Shown in pieces: positions 56,410-64,000 of a stretch of DNA of 64,000 bases. Numbering within the stretch: the first letter of the stretch is position 1; the number at the start of each line of letters is the position of its first letter. This DNA comes from the human T2T-CHM13v2.0 reference genome, Homo sapiens. The stretch is taken from NCBI RefSeq assembly GCF_009914755.1, contig NC_060942.1. One strand, written 5' to 3'. The notes beneath the pieces are model-generated. The model made no database searches and was not told where the DNA came from. It saw only the letters and a list, made by a program, of their open reading frames with translations. The translations under genes were made by a program, and so were the position numbers.

Positions 56410-59400
56410 ATTGCACCTTGGAAGTAGTAAACTTGCTTTATATACAATTCAGTGGCTCATGGTCAGAAGGGACTGTAGACTTGTCTCAGATGAGACTCTG
56501 GGCTTTGAGCATTTGAGTAAATGCTGGAATGAGTTAAGATATGAGAGACTCTAGGGAAGGCATCATTGCATTTTGCAATGTGAGAAAGACATGAACATCG
56601 GGGGACCAGGGACAGAATAATATGTTTTGGCTCTCTGTCTCTACCAAAGCTCATGTGGAATGTTAATGGGAAATGTTAAAGGCGGGGGCTCGTGGAAGGT
56701 GATTTAATCATGATGGAGAGAGGAGGTTGGATGGTTGGGGGTTGGGGAGGGTTGGGGGTGATTGGGTGGTGAGGAGGGTTGGAGGGGATTGTGGTGGGGT
56801 TGGGGAGTGTTGGGGGTGATTGGGTGGTGAGGAGGGTTGGAGGAGATTGTGGTGCAGTTGGGGGTGTAAGGCAGGGGTGGGGGTGCATCCTTCACAAGTG
56901 GTTAAACATCATCTCCTTAATGCTGTCCTTCTGATAGTGAGTTCTCTTCATGATTTTGGAGCTGTGAGATTGAATGAACACTGACCTGTGGGATTCTGGA
57001 TGTCTATTGGGCCTGTGGTCCCATTTGTGTTATTGTTCTTGGAAATTTCTTCCCTTTGGATTGAGAAAGCTTACCCAATACGTGTACCATCATTGTACCT
57101 TGAAAGAAACGAACACCCTTTTAACTTCAGGGACTCATAGGCAGAAGAGACTGTAGCCTTGTCTCAGATGAGACTTTCAACTTTTTACATTTGAGTTAAT
57201 GTGGGAATGAGTTAAGGCTTTTGGAAACTTTGAAAAGGCACGATTGTATTTTCTTCTGTGAGAAGGATATGACATTTGGGGGGGGTCAAGGTTCGCATAA
57301 TAAAATTTGGCTGTGTGCCCCTGGAAAATCTCATGTGGAATTGTAATCCCAAATGTTGGAGGTGGGGCCTGGTGGGAGATTATTTAATCATGGGTGGGAG
57401 GGTTAGGGGTGGAAGAAAAAAGGGGTGGGTAGGGTGGGGAAGAGTAGGCTGGCTGTAGGGTGGTGGGAGGGTGGTGGGTAGTAGGAAGGGGGAGTAGCCT
57501 GCTGCAGAGGCAGCGGCTCATGGAAAACCTCTACCAGGGCAGTGCGCCTGTGGCTTTGCAGGCTTTAGCCCCCATGGCTGCTCTCATGGGCTGGGCTGCT
57601 GTTGAGTGCCTATCACTTTTCCATACTGAGGGTGTGAACTTTTGGTAGGTCTATGAATCCGGGGTCTAGAGGAAGGTGGCCTCCTGCATAGTCACTCAAA
57701 GCCCTTATTTTCCGTCTGCACTGCCATAGTACAGGATTTCCAAGAGCCTCTGCCTCTGCAGCAGGCTTATGTTTGGAATGGTAGGGGTTGGAGCTGTGCT
57801 GGGGGGGCGAATCCTTTACCAATGGTTAAGCACCATCTTCTTGATACTGACGTGTAGTGATAGTGAGTTCTCATGAGATCTGGTTATAGGACGGTGTGGC
57901 ACCTCTTTCCTCTCTCAGCCTTGCTGCTACTCCTGCTGTATGAAACATTTCATTGCTGTTTTCCTACTGGTATGATTGGGAGGCTTCCTGAGTCCTCCCA
58001 GAAGCAGAAGCCACTGTGCTTTCTTTACAGCCTGCAGAACCATGAGCCAATTAAACCCCTTTTCATTATGATCATACAGAAAATAAAGTACTGCGAAGTG
58101 GAGCTATGAAATATCTTCAATGACATTTCCCCATCGTCTTGGCTATTAACATTGGACTTCTTTTAATGCAAATATCTGAAGGCTTCTTGAAGTTTCCCCC
58201 TGAAAATGGACTTCTTTTTCTTCTGCATTGCCAGGCTGCAACAAAGATAGCTGAAAATGTAAAGCAGGTTCAGAAGTGGGTAACAGCCAGAGGTTGGAGA
58301 GTTTGGAGATCTTGAAAGAAGACAGGAAGATGAAGGAAAGTTTGGACCATTGTGGGCGCTTGTTAAATAGTTGTGATTAAAAGGGTGAAAGAAGGATGGA
58401 AGTGAAGGCCAGGCTTACAAGGTCTCAGATGAAAATGAGGAACTTACTGGGAATGGGAGCCAAGGATATGTTTTGTTTTGCTGTAGCAAAGAACATGGCT
58501 GCAGGGCGACCTTGCCCTCAAGATCTGCGAAACTTTGAACTCGAGGGTGATGATTTAGTGCATATCTGGTGGAATGAACTTCTAGGCAGCATAGCACAAG
58601 GGGGGGTCCTGTCTGCATCAAACGGCCTGTGCTCTCATGTGTGACTGAGGTTATGTGTGACTGAGGAAATGACCTCAAGTTGGAACTTATCTTTAAATGA
58701 CAAGCAGAGCTCAGAAGTTTGGAACATCTGTAGCCTGGCCAAGTGGTCAAAAAGAAAAGCTGATATTCAGGGGGAAAATTCATGAAGGCTCCAGAAACTT
58801 GCATAAAATGGAGGCCAGTGCTAATAGCCAAGACAATGGGGGAAAAAGCCTTGGAGGCATTTCAGAGATGTCTGCAGCAGCACTTGCTGTCAGGCCCTGG
58901 GTCCTAGGAGAGAAGAATGGTTTCCTGGGCAAGCCCCAAGACCCTGCTGCTGTGTGCATCCCCAGGACACTGCTGCCTGCATCCCAGCAGCCCCAGCTCC
59001 TGCTCCGACCTTGGCTGAAAGATGCACAGGTACAGATTGCATCACTGCTTCAGAGGGTACAGGCTATAAGGCTTCATGTCTTCCACATAGTGTTAAGCCA
59101 GTGAATGCACAGAGCACTAGTCCAGAGGCTTTGGAGCCTTCATATGGATTTCGGAAGATGTATGAAAATGCCCGGGTGTCCAGACAGAAGGCTGCCAAAA
59201 AGCAGAGCCTCCTGGGAAACCTCTACTAGGGCAATGCAGAAGGAAAATATGGGGTTGGAGCCCCCACACTGGATGCCAGCATCATGCAGACCCCAGATTT
59301 ATAGACCCACCAAGAACTATGTACCCTCTGTGGGTAAAAACTACAGGCAGTCAACACCAGCACAGCCCATGAGGGCAGCTGTGGGGACTGAACACTGCAA

Positions 59401-62400
59401 AGCCACAGGTAGAGAAATGCCCAAGGCCTTGGGAACCCCGCCCTCATACCCTTGTGTCCTGGATGTCGAACAAGGATTAAAAAAGGATGACTTTGGAGCT
59501 GTAGGTTTGAATAACTGGCCGGCTGGGTTTTGGATTTTCATGGGACCTGTAAGTCCCGTTTGTGTTTTGTTCTTCTCTCGGCAAAAATCTTCCTTTTGGT
59601 TGGGAATTCTTACTCAATGTCTGGACAATCATACCTTGGAAGTAGTTAACTTGCTTTGTATATCAGAGGCTCAGGAGCAGAAGGGACTGCATCTTTGTCT
59701 CAGATGAGACTTTGGGCTCCAGACATTTAAGTGAATGCTGGAATGAGTTACGGCCTTGGGGGTCTTAGCCAAGACGATTGGGAAAAGTCATTGAAGGCAT
59801 TTCATAGCTTCACTTCACAGTACTAATTTTCTGTATGATCATAACAAAAAGGGGTTTGATTGGCTCATGGTTCTGCAGGCTGTAAAAAAAAAGCATAGTG
59901 GTTGATGAATAGTAAGTAAGGCATCATTGTATTTTGCAAAGTGAGAAGGACATGAGATTTGTGGGGCAGGGACAGAATAATAAGATTTGGCTGTGTGTCC
60001 CTGTGGAAACTCATGTGGCATTGTAATCAGAAATGTTAAAAGTGGGACCAGGTGGAAGGTGATTTAATCGTGGAGGGCACTGGGTGTTGGAAAGTGGGGA
60101 TTTTGGAGAATGGGTGGTTTATGGTGGGGGTGAGGGGTGAAAAGTGGGGGTGGGGGGAGGATCCCTCACAGATAGTTAAACACCATCTCCTTAATCCTTT
60201 CCTCATGATGGTGAGTTCTCGTGATGATTTTGGAGCCATGAGAGTGAATGGATACTGGCCTCCTGGGTTTTGGACTTGCATTGGCCCTGTGATCCCATTT
60301 GTGTTGTTTTCCTGGCAAACATCTCACCTTTGGATTGAGAAAGCTTACACAATGCCTGTACCGTCATTGTACCTTGAAAGAAAAGAACTCCCTTTTAAAT
60401 TCAGGAACTTATAGGCAAAAGGAACTGTAGCCTTTTCTCACGTGAGATGTTGAACTTTTTACATTTGAATTAATGCTGAAATGACTTAAGACTTTCAGCA
60501 GCTTTTGCAAAGGCATGACTGTATTTTACTCTGTGAGAAGGATGTGATATTCGGGGGATCAGGGTCAGAATAATATGGTTTAGCTGTGTGTCCCTACCTA
60601 AACTCACATGTAATTGTAATCCCGAATGTTGCAGGTGGGGCGTGGTGGGAGGTGATTTATTCATGGATGGGAGACGGGTGGGGTTGGAATTAAAAACTGG
60701 TGGGTAAGGTGGGGAGGGTAAGCTGGCTGTAGGGTGGCGTGTAGCAGAAGGGGAGTAGCATGCCGCAGAGGCAGAGGCTCATGGAAAAACTCTACTGAGG
60801 CAGTGCACCTGTGGCTTTGCAGGGTTTAGCACCTGTAGCTGCTCTCATGAGCTGGGCTGATGTTGAGTGCCTGTAGCTTTTCCATATTGGGGGTGTGAGC
60901 TGTTGGTGGGTCTATGACTCTTGGGTCTGGAGGATGGTGGCATGGGGGCTCCAAGCCCACATTTTCCTGCTGCACTGTCCTAGTAGAGGTTTTCCAAGAG
61001 GATCTGCCTCTGCCTCAGGCTTCTGCTTGGAAACAGTGGGTGGTGGATATGGGATAGTGGGCGGATCCTTCACCAACAGTGAAGCACCATCTTCTTGATG
61101 CTGATCTCCTGATACTGAGCTCTCATGAGATCTAGTTGTATAACAGGATGTCGCACCTCTTTCCTCTCTCTGTCTTGCTTCTACTCCTGCCATATGAAAC
61201 ATTTCACTGCTGCTTGGCCTTCTGGTATAATTGGGAGGCTTCCTGAGTCCTCCTATAAGCAAAAACCACTATGCTTTCTTTACAGCCTGAAGAACTGTGA
61301 GTCAATTACACCTCTTTTCTTTATGTAGATACAGAAAATTAATGTTGTGAAGTAAAGCTATGAAATGAATTCTAGGCCTTTCCCCCAATCTCTTGGCTAT
61401 TAGCACTGAGCTTTTTTCAATGCAGATATTGGAGGCCATCTTGATGTTTCCCCCTGATAATGGACTTTTCTTCTTTTACCACATTGCCAGGCTGCAACAA
61501 AGATAGCTGACAGTGTAGAAGCAGATTCCAAATTGGGTAATGGCCAGAGGTTCGAGAGTTTGGAGAGCTTGGAAGAAGACAGGAAGATGAGGGAAAGTTT
61601 GGACCGTTGCAGAGACTTGTTAAATAGTTGTGATTAAAAGGCTGACAGAAGGATGGACAGTGAAGGCCAGGTTTGTAAGGTCTCAGATGAAAATGAGGAA
61701 CTTACTGGGAAGAGGAGCCAAGGTTTTTTTGTTTTGCCTTAGCAAAGTAATTGGCTACACAGTGACCCTTCCCAGGAGATCTGTGAAACTGAACTTGAGG
61801 ATGATGATTTAGGGTGTATCTGGTGGAATGAACTTCTAAGCAGCAAACCTCAAGAGCTGTGCTGCCTACATCGAACAGCCTGTGCTCCTATGTGTGATCA
61901 AAGAAATGACCATAAGTTGGAACTTATATTTAAATGAGAAGCAGAGATTCAACATTTGGGAAATTTGTAATCTGGTCAAAAAGAAAAGCTGATTTTCAGG
62001 GGAAAATCAAGAAGGCCTCGGATATTTGCATAAAAAGGATCCCAGTGCTAATGATTCAAAACAATGGGAAAAAGGCCTTGAAGGCATTTCAGAGACCTTT
62101 GTAGAAGACCTTGTTGTCAAGGGCCCTAGGGCTTAGGAGAAAAGAATAGTTTCCTGGCCCAGCCCCATGGCTCCACTGCTGTGTACAGCCTCAGGACACT
62201 GCTGCCTGCATCCCTGCAGCTCCATCTCCAGCTCCAGCTATGGATGAAAGATGCACAGGTACAGCTTGTGTCACTGCTTCAGAGGATGCAAGCTCCAAGC
62301 CTTGGTGGCTTCCACATAGTGTCAAGCCAGCAGGTGCATAAAGCAGGGACTAGAAGCTTCAGAGCCTTCATCTAGACTGCAGAGGATATATTGGAAAGCC

Positions 62401-64000
62401 TGAGTGTCCAGCCAGAAGCTTTTCCAAGAGGCAGAGCCTCATGGTAAAACTCTACTGGGGCAGTACAGAAGAATATAGGGTTGGAGTCCCCATACAGGGA
62501 GGCACCATTTTCCAGACCCCAGTTTCATAGACCCACCAACTGCTTGCACCCTCAGTGTTGAAAAGCTACAGGCATTCAACACCAGGCTAGCCAATGAGGG
62601 CAGCTGTGGGGGAAAGATTCTGCAATGCCACAGGGGCAGAGCTGCCCAAGGCCTTGGGATCCCAGCTGTCACACCACCCTGTGCTCTGGATGTGGACATA
62701 GATTCCAAAAAGATGATTTGGAGCTATATGATGGAATGACTGGCCTGCTGGGTGTTTGACTTGCAGGGAGTTTCTAAGTCCCATCTGTGTTTTGTGCTTC
62801 TTTCTGGCAAATTTCTTCTTTTTGGCTGGGAATGCTTACCCAATACCTGTACAACCATTGTACCTTGGAAGTGGTTAACTTGCTTTGTATTTCAGAGGCT
62901 CGGGGCAAAAGATATGGCAGCCTTGTCTCAGAAGAGACTTTGGGCTTTGGATATTTGAGTAAATGCTGGGATGAGTTAAGACTTGGGGGACTGTAGGGAA
63001 GGCATCATTGCATTTTGCAATGTGAGAAAGACATGAACTTTGGGGGACCAGGGACAGAATAATATGTTTTGGCTCTGTGTCTCTACCAAAACTCATGTGG
63101 AATTTTAATGGGAAATGCTAAAGGTGGGGGCTGGTGGAAGGTGATTTAATCATGGTGGAGAGTGGAGGTTGGATGGTTGGGAGGGTGGGGAGTGTTGGGG
63201 GGATTGTGGGGTGGGGTGGGTTAGGGGGATTGTGGTGGTGGGGAGGTGGGGGATTGGGGGGTGGGAAGGCTTGGGGCAATTGTGGTGGGGTTGGGGGTGA
63301 AAGGCAGGGGTGGGGGCCGATCCTTCACAAATGGACATTTGAGTAAATGCTGGAATGAGTTCAGACATTGGGGGACTGTAGAGAATGCATCATTGTATTT
63401 TGCAGTATGAGAAGGATATGAGATTGGGGGGCCAAAGGGAGAATAATATGATTTGGCTCTGTGTCCCTACCAAAACACATGTGGGATTGTAATGGGGAAT
63501 GTTAAATGTGGGGCTTGGTAGAAGGTGATTTAATCATGGTAGAGAATGAGGATTGGAAGGCAGGTGTGGGAGAATGGAGGTTCATGGTGTGGGTGAGGGT
63601 GAAACATGGGGATGGGTGGTAGATCCTTCACAAATGGTTAAATACTATCTCCTTAATGCAGTCTGTGTGATAGTGAGTTCTCATGATAAATGAATGCTGT
63701 CCTGCTGGGTTTTGGACTCGGATTGGGCCTGTGTCCCATTTGTGTTATTTTTCTGGGAAAATCTTCCCTTTGGTTTGAGAAAGCTTACCCAGTGCCTGTG
63801 CCATCATTGTAACTTGAAAGAAAAGAATTGTCTTTTACATTCAGGAACTCATAGGCAGAAGAGATTGCAGCCTTCTCTTGGTTGAGACTTGAATTTACTA
63901 CATTTGAGTTACTGCTGGAGTGAGTTAAGACATTTTGAAACTTTTGAAAATGCATGTTTGTATTTTTTTGTGTGAGAAGGACATGAGATGTGGGGGTGTC
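56410..64000 (+). repeat. Higher-order duplicate of ~37270-44610
   Basis: Near-identical ORF pairs 38252/57460, 39595/58954, 41114/60470, 42280/61630, 44296/63694; offsets 19.2-19.4 kb. Confidence 0.92.

Larger units (their letters stand above)
33555..64000 (+). repeat. Tandem array of ~2.9-3.5 kb rearranged MaLR (MST/THE1-type LTR plus internal) monomers; continues beyond the window
   Basis: Marker gtagc(c/a)tgc(t/c)gcagag at 35177, 38286, 41400, 44801, 47678, 51164, 54269, 57494, 60755. MaLR LTR motifs (gagttctcatgagatctg, gaaccatgagccaattaaacctctttt) and internal motifs (ctcagatgaaaatgaggaacttactgggaac, gtctcagatgagactttg) recur in every unit. Confidence 0.93.

Noticed and set aside
33555-64000. 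Many 60-200 aa ORFs in the array (e.g. 59105..59707)
   Set aside because: Fragments of decayed MaLR internal sequence; frames are not conserved between monomers.

Overview
Hominoid (probably human or great ape) segmental-duplication-type DNA with no intact full-length gene. 161-28439 (+) is the 3' coiled-coil half of an ANKRD18/ANKRD20A-like (ANKRD26 family) unprocessed pseudogene: nine recognisable exons carrying frameshifts and a nonsense codon. Its large exon is split by a ~3.9 kb chimeric retrotransposon (700-4557) bounded by a 13-bp TSD. The chimera is the spliced 5' end of RHOT1/Miro1 mRNA joined at a splice junction to a 5'-truncated, old-type SVA (Alu-like remnant, ~2.7 kb VNTR, SINE-R, polyA). 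It retains an open 135-aa RHOT1-SVA fusion ORF, which points to SVA exon trapping followed by retrotransposition. From memory, a RHOT1-trapping SVA has been reported before, so this is probably not wholly new. The introns hold Alus, L1 fragments and an ERV1 solo LTR. About 32.2-33.2 kb is a rearranged SNX18 processed pseudogene with inverted duplications. From ~33.55 kb to the window end is a macrosatellite-like tandem array of ~3.1 kb rearranged MaLR (MST/THE1-type) monomers. Each monomer has built-in inversions and G-rich tracts, and the array contains a ~19.2-19.4 kb (6-monomer) higher-order duplication and one solo ERV LTR insertion. Family and subfamily names come from recalled sequence, not database searches.
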